Shown: piece by piece, positions 34,653 through 43,728 of the stretch
Position numbering within the stretch: the stretch's first letter is position 1
Layout: each line of letters starts with the position of its first letter
Sequence record: MT161459.1
Strand: one strand, 5' to 3'
Length of the DNA stretch: 64,000 bases
Notes under the pieces: model-generated
Seen by the model: the letters and a program-made list of their open reading frames with translations, nothing else
What the model was told of the DNA's origin: nothing
Databases searched by the model: none
Translations under genes and position numbers: made by a program

Positions 34653-34683
34653 GAAATTATTTCATTTTATTTTGTTTAAGCGG

Positions 34684-34727
34684 TTGTCCGAGACATCATA
34701 GTATCAGATACTATCTTCATTGGGACG
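34684..34727 (+). promoter_or_regulatory. early promoter with 23-bp box shared with 54421-54443
   Basis: TTGTCC-17-GATACT; CAGATACTATCTTCATTGGGACG identical in both; 15 bp also at 28764. Confidence 0.7.
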
Positions 34728-34766
34728 GAAGACCGAACCACAAACACAACCACAGAGAGATACATT

Positions 34767-35210
34767 ATGACCACCATGACCCAAATCCAAGTTGTTGAAG
34801 CCTTCGCTACCACTACCCTGACCAAGACTGCTTTCGCTGCAGAACACGGTATCAGTACTCGTACTCTGGGTCGTTGGGTAGAGAAGTTCAACGGCGTAAC
34901 TGCTAACGATGCCGAAGAAGTGATCGAAGTTCTGACCGCTACCGCCGATCCGGTTGTTGTAGTCGAAGATACTCCGGTAGTAGAAACCAACGACGCGATC
35001 GTCGTACCGGTTGTTGAAGAAGTGATCGAGACTCCGGTAGTAGTTGAAGAGAAGACCAACAAACGTGCTCTGGCTGCTGCTGCATACTTCGGTAACGTTG
35101 GTATGAAGCGTAAGGATCTGATCGCGATGATGGTTGCTACCTGCGGTCTGACTGCTGCTGGTGCTTCCACTTACATCTCCAACTTCAAAACCGGTAAGTG
35201 GACTGCATAA
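34767..35210 (+). CDS. putative DNA-binding protein (HTH N-terminus + family B C-terminal domain)
   Basis: FAAEHGISTRTLGRW; RKDLIAMM...GLTAAGASTYISNFKTGKW. Confidence 0.7.
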   Translation: MTTMTQIQVVEAFATTTLTKTAFAAEHGISTRTLGRWVEKFNGVTANDAEEVIEVLTATADPVVVVEDTPVVETNDAIVVPVVEEVIETPVVVEEKTNKRALAAAAYFGNVGMKRKDLIAMMVATCGLTAAGASTYISNFKTGKWTA

Positions 35211-35215
35211 GGCAC

Positions 35216-35262
35216 TTTAGATCGGCTGTAGGACGGTGTATAATCGATCCTACAGCCGATCT
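35216..35262 (+). promoter_or_regulatory. promoter with -10 in the loop of a 15-bp perfect inverted repeat
   Basis: TTTAGA-17-TATAAT; AGATCGGCTGTAGGA/TCCTACAGCCGATCT. Confidence 0.6.
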
Positions 35263-35351
35263 GATAGATTGCTCGGATCAAGAATAAAACGGTTGTATAC
35301 GCAGAATGAAGTGTGTACAATCTCTTTTCATTACGTATAAAAGGTAAAGTT

Positions 35352-35744
35352 ATGAATCAGGTATTCAAGAAGAAAGCGTTTGTCTACTGTTCCTTCCAGC
35401 TTGAAGGTTATCACATGTATCCTGGCGCAGATGTCAATCCATCGACGGCGACTGGCGACTATCTGGACGTTTCTCATCTGGGCGATCGACATTTCCATTA
35501 TTTCAACGTACGAGTGTGGATAGAAGTCAAGCACGAAGAGCGCGATATCGAGTTTATTCAGCTGCGTCGTCGTATCGTAGCTGAATATCAGAAGGGCGGT
35601 CTGGAGATGAACGGTAAGTCCTGCGAGACTCTATCCGATGAGCTGTTCAAAACCCTGAATGAATGGTATCCGAACCGCGACATCAAGATCGATATCTCCG
35701 AAGAAGGTATCAATGGCGCGTATGTAGAATACAGCGTAGCGTAA
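35352..35744 (+). CDS. QueD-like T-fold protein, DpdL (CDG decarboxylase)-type motif
   Basis: GYH.YP, LGDRHFHYF (LxxxHxHxF rather than CxxxHGH), RDIEF, SCE...D, ISEEG.NGA. Confidence 0.7.
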   Translation: MNQVFKKKAFVYCSFQLEGYHMYPGADVNPSTATGDYLDVSHLGDRHFHYFNVRVWIEVKHEERDIEFIQLRRRIVAEYQKGGLEMNGKSCETLSDELFKTLNEWYPNRDIKIDISEEGINGAYVEYSVA

Positions 35745-35797
35745 TGTCAACGGCTCTCTTCGGAGAGCCTTCTTAAACCAAATCCAAAGGATAACGA

Positions 35798-36670
35798 ATG
35801 TCTATCAATTTCTGTCACATTTCTCCGACTCCACATCTGTCTCAACTGACCGCATTCAATGGCAGTCATCTGCTTCTGGCTCACCTGATCGAAGAAGATC
35901 CTCATTACCAGGAGTTCTACGCAAAGCTGGATGACGGTCGCGAGAAGATCATGGACAACAGCGGCTTTGAGATGTTCAAGATGGGTCGCGAAATGTACAA
36001 TCCATCCAAACTGGTTCAGATGGCTGCTTCTGTGCACGCTGACATCATCGTACTGCCAGACTATCCGATGCAACCAGCTCACGTCACGATGGATGCTGCT
36101 GCGAAGATGCTGCCTGTCTTCAAAGACAACGGCTTCGGTGCTTTCTACGTACCACAATCCGAAGTAGGCGATCTGGAAGGTTATCTGACCTCCATGAATT
36201 GGGCTCTGAACAATCCGGACATCAAAGTCATCGGGCTTAGCATTCTGGGTTGTCCGATCGCTCTGGGCATGAAGGAGCAGAAGTTCGACAGTCTGGATCA
36301 GATTGACGGCGCATACAAAATGCAACGCTTCCTGAGTCGTTGGAAGATTCTCAGCATCATGAAAGAACGTGGCATGCTGGATGAACGAGCTGTCAAGAAG
36401 TTCCACTGCTTGGGTCTCGTTGATGGGCCTAATGAAATCGATCTGCTCCAAGAGTTTGTGCCATATATCCGTAGTTGGGATACCAGCTCAGCAGTGTGGT
36501 TGGGTCTGAGCGGTAACATGACCTACGATAGCTCTCCGACTGGTCTGCGCAACGGCAAGTACGAGAAAGAAGTTGACTTTGACTTCTCTACCTCTGACGC
36601 TGATCGTATCAACAAGGCAATCAGCAATATCCAGTTTATCAACAGCAAGCCTGGTATCACCAAACTCTAA
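35798..36670 (+). CDS. dpdA: TGT-fold 7-deazaguanine transglycosylase (DpdA-like)
   Basis: IMDNSGFE, VLPD, FHCLG, WDTSSA motifs of TGT/DpdA barrels; embedded in que cluster. Confidence 0.65.
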   Translation: MSINFCHISPTPHLSQLTAFNGSHLLLAHLIEEDPHYQEFYAKLDDGREKIMDNSGFEMFKMGREMYNPSKLVQMAASVHADIIVLPDYPMQPAHVTMDAAAKMLPVFKDNGFGAFYVPQSEVGDLEGYLTSMNWALNNPDIKVIGLSILGCPIALGMKEQKFDSLDQIDGAYKMQRFLSRWKILSIMKERGMLDERAVKKFHCLGLVDGPNEIDLLQEFVPYIRSWDTSSAVWLGLSGNMTYDSSPTGLRNGKYEKEVDFDFSTSDADRINKAISNIQFINSKPGITKL

Positions 36671-36678
36671 GGAACCAA

Positions 36679-37248
36679 ATGTCAATGCATCTCATTGGCA
36701 TCAGCGGATTCAAGCGCAGCGGTAAGGATACCGCTGCTGACTTCATTCAGCTGATGGCAGAAAAACACAGAATCCCATCGAATCGGTTTGCGATTGCAGA
36801 TACTGTCATCGAGAAAGCGAGTGCAGTATTTGGATTCAAACGGGAAGATTGGGACAAGCTGAAAGTCAACGGCGTAATGTCTATTGGCGATGGTAGCATC
36901 TATCGCGATGTCCGAGATGTTGTCCGAGACTTCGGAATGGCTCTCATCGATGCAGATGAGACGTACCTGATTCGGAACGCAGAGGCCAAACTCCAACCAT
37001 TCATGCTAAACATCGTCACTGACGTTCGATTCGATCGAGAGATTGATATGATCAAACGTAATGGCGGACTGCTGATCAAGATCGTGCGGCCAGGAGTTGG
37101 GTCGGATGGTCATGTCACCGAGCAGCATCTGGATGACGACAAATACGATGCTATCGTCGTAAACGATGGCGATCTCGATCAATTGGAACGACGCGTAGCT
37201 AATGTGTGTCGGTGCCACTACAAAACTATGTTCAAGGACAACAAATGA
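36679..37248 (+). CDS. deoxynucleoside monophosphate kinase (T4 gp1-like)
   Basis: LIGISGFKRSGKDT, VTDVRF..E, GG.LIKI.R. Confidence 0.85.
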   Translation: MSMHLIGISGFKRSGKDTAADFIQLMAEKHRIPSNRFAIADTVIEKASAVFGFKREDWDKLKVNGVMSIGDGSIYRDVRDVVRDFGMALIDADETYLIRNAEAKLQPFMLNIVTDVRFDREIDMIKRNGGLLIKIVRPGVGSDGHVTEQHLDDDKYDAIVVNDGDLDQLERRVANVCRCHYKTMFKDNK

Positions 37249-37781
37249 TTCACATCAAAGGCGAAACCTCCAAATCCAAAGTGACTGGCGTAGAGTCGCG
37301 TCACATTCAACCAAACGCTGTTGACATTACCGTCGACAAGATCTTCGCGTTCTCCAAACCGGAGCTCGGCGAACTGTCTAACGTGGTAGTCATCTCAAAC
37401 AACCAAAAGCAACATCGCAGAGTGGAACAACTGCTTCCAATTCCTGGTTCTGATGGCGAATGGGCAGATGGCGAATACTGGATCCTGCCAGAAGGGGTTT
37501 ACGACTGTCTGTCTAGCTCCGAGGTTACCATAGCCGAAGGTGAAGCAGCGTTCGTCATTCAACGCAGCACGTTGAATCGCAACGGTCTTCGTTGCACTTC
37601 TGGGCTGTATGACAGCGGATTCAGCGGGAAGATCGGATTCAGTCTGACCGTGCAAGGTGGTCCAGCCAAGATCTATCGTGGCGTGGCATTGTGCCAACTG
37701 TTGACTTTCCAGGCTGAGACTCTGGGGCTGTACAATGGCAGCTACGGAACTGGCAAAGAAGGCGAAGCGCGTTACCAATGA
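37245..37781 (+). CDS. trimeric dUTPase / dCTP deaminase family
   Basis: QPNAVD, RSTLNRNG, YDSGFSG, CQL, YNG.Y. Confidence 0.8.
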   Translation: MIHIKGETSKSKVTGVESRHIQPNAVDITVDKIFAFSKPELGELSNVVVISNNQKQHRRVEQLLPIPGSDGEWADGEYWILPEGVYDCLSSSEVTIAEGEAAFVIQRSTLNRNGLRCTSGLYDSGFSGKIGFSLTVQGGPAKIYRGVALCQLLTFQAETLGLYNGSYGTGKEGEARYQ

Positions 37782-37870
37782 TTTTTAAACCTCCTTCGGG
37801 AGGTTTTTTGTTGCCTTGGATTCTGAATCATGTAAGATCTCCATATCGAAACAAACATCTGGAGAGTAAA

Positions 37871-38059
37871 ATGATTTCATTCAACGTAGCTCTGTTCGCA
37901 TTCTTGTGTTTCATGACATTCGTGAGCGCGATCTATACAGTTTGGTGGTCGTCTAACGGTCTGCAAAATTGTATGATCAAAGTTACCTGGGCATGTATCT
38001 TTGGCGCGAATGTGTACTTCGTAGCTTCGGGTCGCATCCTGACTCTGATTGCAGCGTAA
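37871..38059 (+). CDS. small membrane protein
   Basis: Hydrophobic, GGAG RBS. Confidence 0.6.
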   Translation: MISFNVALFAFLCFMTFVSAIYTVWWSSNGLQNCMIKVTWACIFGANVYFVASGRILTLIAA

Positions 38060-38071
38060 GGGGTTACGATC

Positions 38072-38287
38072 GTGGATAAGTTAGACAGTTCGATTATTCA
38101 GATCGCGATATTCCTAGTGGCATTTTGCACCTGGTTGTACATCTGGGACATGATGGCAATATGTCGTCGTAAGAACACTGATCGGAATCTCGATTTCGCG
38201 GAAGCTATCTGGGATACTATCGTTGTACTGATCAAGATTGCTATCATTGCAATCCCAACTTACATCTTCATCCACCGAGGAGCTTAA
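38072..38287 (+). CDS. small membrane protein
   Basis: Two TM segments. Confidence 0.6.
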   Translation: MDKLDSSIIQIAIFLVAFCTWLYIWDMMAICRRKNTDRNLDFAEAIWDTIVVLIKIAIIAIPTYIFIHRGA

Positions 38288-38289
38288 AA

Positions 38290-38490
38290 ATGCCAATGTT
38301 TTTGTGCACCATCGCTATTAACGTAGCGGCGTTCTTGGGGACTGTAATCACAGTATTTTGGATATGTTCTCTCCGAGATGACGCTAGCGCTAAAAATTGG
38401 CCTGGCGCATTTACATCGCTAGCGTGTGCTGGGATCATGTTCACATTCACATTCCTGATCGTTAAAATCATTATCAAATATCAACTGTGA
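38290..38490 (+). CDS. small membrane protein
   Basis: Two TM segments, GGAG RBS. Confidence 0.6.
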   Translation: MPMFLCTIAINVAAFLGTVITVFWICSLRDDASAKNWPGAFTSLACAGIMFTFTFLIVKIIIKYQL

Positions 38491-38497
38491 GAATATT

Positions 38498-39448
38498 ATG
38501 ATAGAAAGAAATTGGACTATTTGGCATACCATCGAAGAACATCAATCCCACGACGTTGATGTGAAGAAGTACATCTTCAAGTCTCCGGATGCTATTGCTG
38601 AGGCTGTACTTTACAAATACGGATCGTATGAAGAGCGTACTGTAATGTGTATCAGCACCCAAACCGGTTGCCCGATGGGCTGCACATTCTGCGGTACCGG
38701 CAAGTTCTTTGGTCGCAATCTGACTACCCAAGAGATTGTGGATCAAGTCGCGTACATGATCGATGTGAACAACATCGATGCAGAGAACGTCAAGAAGCTG
38801 CAGATCATGGTCATGTCAATGGGCGAGCCGTTGCTCAATATGCCAAACGTGGCAGAGGCTTTCTTTACCTTCAATCGTTGGTACAAGAATGCTGCTCTGT
38901 TGGTATCTACATCTGCGCCGAAGACCCACGATGGTTGGGATCAGTTCTTCGAGTTGGCGAGCTGTCTCCCGCAAGTAGGTCTGCAGTTTAGCGTTCACGA
39001 GAGCACCGACGAAGCTCGCGATCTGATCATGCCAATGAAAGCGAAGTTGAATCTGGAACAGATTGCACTCCGCGGAGAATACTTCCATGAGTTGACTGGT
39101 CGTCGTCCGTACTTCAACTACTGCGTGGGCGAACACAATAACTCCGCAGAAGATGCGCAGCGTCTGGCTGGTCTCTTCGATCCAACCATATGGGAAGCTA
39201 CTCTGAGCGTGATCTGTGAAGCGGATGTTAACATGAAGGACGCTGTTCAAGATCAATTTGAAATGGTATCCGCGTTCAGTTCCAACCTGGTTGAGCTTGG
39301 TTTCAACACCCGCGTGTTCAATCCAAGTGGACAAGGGGATGTTGGGGGTGGGTGTGGGCAGTTGTGGTCGGTTCAAGAATACGCCAAGGCCAACCCACAA
39401 TCCTTCAAGCAATCTGCCGGCAATAAGATCGCCTGTCGCCAAGTATAA
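38498..39448 (+). CDS. RlmN/Cfr-family (class A) radical SAM methyltransferase
   Basis: CISTQTGCPMGCTFCGTG, MSMGEPLLN, SVH, C-terminal GGGCGQL; both extra catalytic Cys present. Confidence 0.85.
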   Translation: MIERNWTIWHTIEEHQSHDVDVKKYIFKSPDAIAEAVLYKYGSYEERTVMCISTQTGCPMGCTFCGTGKFFGRNLTTQEIVDQVAYMIDVNNIDAENVKKLQIMVMSMGEPLLNMPNVAEAFFTFNRWYKNAALLVSTSAPKTHDGWDQFFELASCLPQVGLQFSVHESTDEARDLIMPMKAKLNLEQIALRGEYFHELTGRRPYFNYCVGEHNNSAEDAQRLAGLFDPTIWEATLSVICEADVNMKDAVQDQFEMVSAFSSNLVELGFNTRVFNPSGQGDVGGGCGQLWSVQEYAKANPQSFKQSAGNKIACRQV

Positions 39449-39452
39449 ACAG

Positions 39453-39487
39453 TTGTCGAGGACATCGAGCTAAGGTAAGATGTCCTC
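39453..39487 (+). promoter_or_regulatory. early promoter with inverted repeat
   Basis: TTGTCG-17-TAAGAT; GAGGACATC/GATGTCCTC. Confidence 0.6.
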
Positions 39488-39523
39488 ATTGAAACGAATC
39501 CAACCAATCTTAGAGGTAGTATC

Positions 39524-39994
39524 ATGTCACACATCACTGAATTCGCAATGGGTCAAATGGCAGTCAAGTTCATCCGCGAACGTAACCGTAACACTCCAAC
39601 CCTGACCATTATCGATCACATCAAAAACCATCCGGACTTGGGTCCAGATGACTTGGTGGAGTACAAGTCCGGTATTCCTCGTTGGTACGAGATTCTGCAG
39701 AACGCGTTCGTCCGTCAAATGGATAACCACGACGGGATCATCCGTACTCCATCAGGCTTTGACGTATCCGAAGAATACAAACTCAAACAACGTGTCAACG
39801 ACGAGGTAGTGAAAATGCAAGGTACTTTCAAGTTTCCAGAAGGCCATACCCGTCAGTCTCTGTTCAGTCTGGCTCAAAAAGCTGGTATCAATCCTGCTGA
39901 CATCAACGACTTCATCACCGAAGCGTTTGAAGATAGTGAGGTCGTCACCGAAGCTGATGTCCAGACCCTCCTCTCTCAATATAAGGATCTCTAA
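39524..39994 (+). CDS. hypothetical protein
   Basis: GAGGT RBS. Confidence 0.7.
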   Translation: MSHITEFAMGQMAVKFIRERNRNTPTLTIIDHIKNHPDLGPDDLVEYKSGIPRWYEILQNAFVRQMDNHDGIIRTPSGFDVSEEYKLKQRVNDEVVKMQGTFKFPEGHTRQSLFSLAQKAGINPADINDFITEAFEDSEVVTEADVQTLLSQYKDL

Positions 39995-40353
39995 TGATTA
40001 AAGTCGGTACGAATGTGCGAGTCGTAGAAGGCTCGCGCAAATCCAAGCACGTAGGTAAAGTGGGCGTGGTGGTCGGATCTCGGATGGTTAAGCCGAATGG
40101 GATCCGGTACGAACTCTTCAAAGTGGAGAGCGACAACATTACGTTCGAGCTAACTGCCAAGAGTCTGGTCAGCCTGGATGTAGCTATCGGTATCGATAAG
40201 ATCGAAGCTCCCAAGGTATATCAGGTCCAGATCCCAGATCGCGTACCGCCGTATATCTCTCCGCTGATCGAATATAAGGTCGCGAAGGTCATCGCAGAGC
40301 GTCTGATCGAAGACGGTATCAAGTTCCAACTGATGCAGGCAGTTACCTTCTGA
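39994..40353 (+). CDS. KOW-motif protein
   Basis: IKVG..V.V..G...K.VGKVG.V. Confidence 0.6.
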   Translation: MIKVGTNVRVVEGSRKSKHVGKVGVVVGSRMVKPNGIRYELFKVESDNITFELTAKSLVSLDVAIGIDKIEAPKVYQVQIPDRVPPYISPLIEYKVAKVIAERLIEDGIKFQLMQAVTF

Positions 40354-40430
40354 TGTTGTGATACGCTAAAGGATTCTGGTATAATAGAATCCTTTGTCGA
40401 AATCATAACTAATATAATGAGGTTAGTATC

Positions 40431-40925
40431 ATGAACGGTCGCAGAATTCGCAGAGTACGTCCGAGTTCGATTACAAAGTACAATCGACAACTACAGGACA
40501 TCAATGACAGCATCGCCGAATGTCAGCGTATTCTCACAGCCGTTGAGCGTTCCGTCCTTCCTGGAGATTGGCTCAGCGGACGAATCGAAGACACCTACCA
40601 GTATAAAACGTGGCGCACAGTAGGTTGTCTCAACTTAACAGATCATTTCATCATTCGATATATGGAACGAGTCCTCAAGATCCGATTCAATGAAGATGCA
40701 ATCAAACTCGAGTACGGCGGATACGCAGAGGAAGATGCAGATCGAGCTAAGCTCCGTTATGCTGATGATCATCTGATGATCAATGACGATTTCAAGGCCA
40801 GCATCCGCGAGTTCGTCAAGAATCCGCCGACTCACGTTCGAATTGTTCGGAAGGAGGATCGTGTGATTACCCTCCTGACGTTCGATGACGATGATTGGAA
40901 AGTGGTTGACTACATCTCAAAGTGA
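40431..40925 (+). CDS. hypothetical protein
   Basis: GAGGT RBS; LTDHFIIRYMERV motif. Confidence 0.7.
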   Translation: MNGRRIRRVRPSSITKYNRQLQDINDSIAECQRILTAVERSVLPGDWLSGRIEDTYQYKTWRTVGCLNLTDHFIIRYMERVLKIRFNEDAIKLEYGGYAEEDADRAKLRYADDHLMINDDFKASIREFVKNPPTHVRIVRKEDRVITLLTFDDDDWKVVDYISK

Positions 40926-40960
40926 TGGATAATCTCCACATCAACCAAGAGGAATACATT

Positions 40961-41116
40961 ATGAAATATGATTTGGTATACATCGACAAGAATGGTTCTC
41001 GGGCAGCGTTGGTCTGTGGCATTTCCAAGAAGGAAGCTGAGACTGAACGTACCAAGTACATGGAAGTGTTCGACGACGTCGAATCTGATTACGATATCGC
41101 TCCATCCACCAATTAA
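40961..41116 (+). CDS. hypothetical protein
   Basis: GAGGA RBS. Confidence 0.55.
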   Translation: MKYDLVYIDKNGSRAALVCGISKKEAETERTKYMEVFDDVESDYDIAPSTN

Positions 41117-41159
41117 CATACGTGGGGACACTGAGTCCCCATCTCAAAAAGGTTCTATC

Positions 41160-41825
41160 ATGAAAAAGTTCGCTATTGCCGCTCTGCTGTTTGTCGGTTC
41201 CGTTAACGCTGCTGGATTCGATTGTAATCTGGCATCATCCGAAGTTGAGAATCAGATCTGCTCGGACTCCGTGTTGTCCAAGCTGGATGAAGATCTGAAC
41301 GCAGTGTATCGTCAAGCGGTGAAAATTGACGAATCGGTCAAAGTCAACCAGCGGACTTGGGTTCGTGAAGTTCGTAACGTCACTCCGGATCTGGAATCCG
41401 CGTACCGCCAACGCATCGCTGACTTGAAGTCTCGAATCAAAGACGGTGAGACCAAAAAGCCAGTAGATCCAGTCAAAGCTGTTCAAGCTCGCGAAGTTCG
41501 TCGCGGTAACGTGGATGCAGATCTCAAAGCAATGGCCGAGAGTGCTATCGGTTTGGGCATGTCCAAGGCTTGCGTCGATGAGTATCTGATGACTGATGAG
41601 CAATTCAGTTACTACAAATCCACTCTGGTCAAAGAGCTGAAATCCATGTATGGCGACAAATACAGTTCCACTGCCGTCAAGAATGGTTACAACGCTGGAT
41701 ACAATATGGGCAAGCAACTCAAGTCTCTGAGCTACGAAGAGTTGTCTAGCACTTGTACCTCATATCAGACTGAGATCCAAAAGATGATGTCTGCAGCTAG
41801 CACCACCAGCGAAGACTTCGAATAA
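41160..41825 (+). CDS. secreted LprI-like lysozyme-inhibitor domain protein
   Basis: Signal peptide; AGFDCNLASS.VE..ICSD..LSKLD..L..VY...Q..W. Confidence 0.75.
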   Translation: MKKFAIAALLFVGSVNAAGFDCNLASSEVENQICSDSVLSKLDEDLNAVYRQAVKIDESVKVNQRTWVREVRNVTPDLESAYRQRIADLKSRIKDGETKKPVDPVKAVQAREVRRGNVDADLKAMAESAIGLGMSKACVDEYLMTDEQFSYYKSTLVKELKSMYGDKYSSTAVKNGYNAGYNMGKQLKSLSYEELSSTCTSYQTEIQKMMSAASTTSEDFE

Positions 41826-41880
41826 CGGTTGCCCAGATCGCAATTTGTTGGATAATGATCAGCATCAACGGAGAGAACTC

Positions 41881-42042
41881 ATGCACGTCGTAGCTATTAT
41901 CATCGTTCTAGTTGGAATTGTGGGGTTGTGTCGATCTCGTAACAATCGAATCGAGCAAGCTGATCGTGAGTATGATGCTCGTATGGCTGCTGACACTCTT
42001 GATACGTATCGTCGGATGTACCAAATTGGGGAACTGAAATGA
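41881..42042 (+). CDS. small membrane-anchored protein
   Basis: N-terminal TM, GGAG RBS. Confidence 0.55.
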   Translation: MHVVAIIIVLVGIVGLCRSRNNRIEQADREYDARMAADTLDTYRRMYQIGELK

Positions 42043-42470
42043 AATCTGCGGCAGCGTTACTCATGATGGCATTGTGTGGGGTTGTTCTTACTGTCATAGA
42101 AAAGGAACAATCTCAGCAGGATTACGTTACGGTGTGCAAAATGCCTGACGTCGAAATCGGTGCTCGGTTGTTGGAATCTGGAGAGTATCAACCAGAAGTC
42201 CGAGCTACTGGAGTAGATTCAGATATGGTTCTGGATATCACAAGATCCAATGCTGTTGACGTTGCGGTGATGTTCCACGATGAGTTTGGTCGGTTCAAGA
42301 ATGGTAACGGTGATGCACTATCGGTATCCACTGGCGATCCTGAAGATGATCCGATTATCGTGGTAGTTCCAAAGGGCGCTAATGGATTGAATATCATTCG
42401 GATCACATCCGACGAATCCAAGCATCTAGCGCGCTGCGTCATCGATGCAAACAAGAAATTCAATAAGTAG
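42039..42470 (+). CDS. exported/membrane-anchored protein
   Basis: N-terminal hydrophobic segment. Confidence 0.65.
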   Translation: MKSAAALLMMALCGVVLTVIEKEQSQQDYVTVCKMPDVEIGARLLESGEYQPEVRATGVDSDMVLDITRSNAVDVAVMFHDEFGRFKNGNGDALSVSTGDPEDDPIIVVVPKGANGLNIIRITSDESKHLARCVIDANKKFNK

Positions 42471-42596
42471 GGTCCATCGGCCCTTCTATGACAAGACTGA
42501 CCCAACTCAAACATTAATTTTTCGTTTGTCGTAGGTGTAGTGTGGCGCTTTTCAGTCTTGTCATATAAGTGTCGATAACAACCAAAGGGGTATAAA

Positions 42597-42941
42597 ATGA
42601 AAAAGATTATGGGTCTGGTGGTAGCTAGCATGTTCGTTTCAATGGCTGCTGATGCCGCGATGGTTATGTCTCGTCCTATGACGATGTCTCGTCCTATGAC
42701 CATTAGTCGACCATCAACTCCGGTAGTACGTCCGAGCATGAGCGCAACTCATAGCATCAACAACACTATGATGAACGCAGCCGTTCTGATGTCTATCCTG
42801 AATAGCCAGAATGCGTACGAGGTGTCTACTCAATCCAGCGAGGTAGAGGCTTTGGTAGAGCGTTGCAAGTCACTGGATTCTCCAGAAACCGATCCACATT
42901 GTGTGGAACTCGCTACTGCTATCCAGAATGGTGATGAGTGA
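42597..42941 (+). CDS. secreted protein with SRP(M/S)T repeats
   Basis: Signal peptide; MSRPMTMSRPMTISRPST. Confidence 0.65.
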   Translation: MKKIMGLVVASMFVSMAADAAMVMSRPMTMSRPMTISRPSTPVVRPSMSATHSINNTMMNAAVLMSILNSQNAYEVSTQSSEVEALVERCKSLDSPETDPHCVELATAIQNGDE

Positions 42942-43465
42942 TGGTCCGATTGTTGTTCGTTGTAATCGGCCTACTGGTTTGTTCCGGAGTCCGAGCTGAG
43001 GTTATTCTCGAGGAGGATCTCATTCAGCAGATGATCGCAAAGAACAACGATCAATCAGGAGAGATCCTCGCTTGTACTGGAGTTGGTGAGAATACAGGGT
43101 ATGATGTAACCCTAATGAAGATGGATGGCCGTTACGTGACGGCCATTAACGTCACCGATATGAAGTCGAAGATCACATACGCGCTGTCGCAACAGCAAAT
43201 GCATGATCAGTTCATTGGGATGGTGGAGCGGAGTTGGAACATCATCAACCAAGATCTATACTCCAAAATGAATGTTCGAATCGGCTACGTGGATGGAGAT
43301 TGGTACACAGCTGACTTTAGAACGGTCAAAGAAACTTTCGTTCTTGCGTTGACCCTCGAAGATGAAAGTGCGACACTAGTCACTAGTAAAGTACAGGTTG
43401 AGGACCTCAACGAGTGCCTTCAACGAGTCAATCGAACCATGCAAACGTATTACGAGAGGTATTAA
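42938..43465 (+). CDS. secreted protein
   Basis: Signal peptide ending VRA. Confidence 0.65.
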   Translation: MMVRLLFVVIGLLVCSGVRAEVILEEDLIQQMIAKNNDQSGEILACTGVGENTGYDVTLMKMDGRYVTAINVTDMKSKITYALSQQQMHDQFIGMVERSWNIINQDLYSKMNVRIGYVDGDWYTADFRTVKETFVLALTLEDESATLVTSKVQVEDLNECLQRVNRTMQTYYERY

Positions 43466-43467
43466 CT

Positions 43468-43728
43468 ATGACCGCAATGTTCGAAGTAGTCAGTGCTCAG
43501 AAGATCGCCGGCCTGGTAAAGGTGTACGATCAATCTCGATTCATTCTCAAACGCGATGGATCATACTGTGTAGTTGAAATGGCCAACGGCCAAAGCTATC
43601 ACGTAGGTCGTCGGTTCGATTCGGATCTGGGAATGCAGATCTTCTACGTACAAGACAACCAGTGGGTTGGGGAAGAGTCCGCCAACTTCGCTGACATCAT
43701 CAAATATTTGGAGAGCTTTAATGGGTAG
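43468..43728 (+). CDS. hypothetical protein
   Basis: GAGGT RBS. Confidence 0.6.
   Translation: MTAMFEVVSAQKIAGLVKVYDQSRFILKRDGSYCVVEMANGQSYHVGRRFDSDLGMQIFYVQDNQWVGEESANFADIIKYLESFNG

Noticed and set aside
35352-35744. Calling this gene canonical queD
   Set aside because: It lacks the CxxxHGH catalytic cysteine motif
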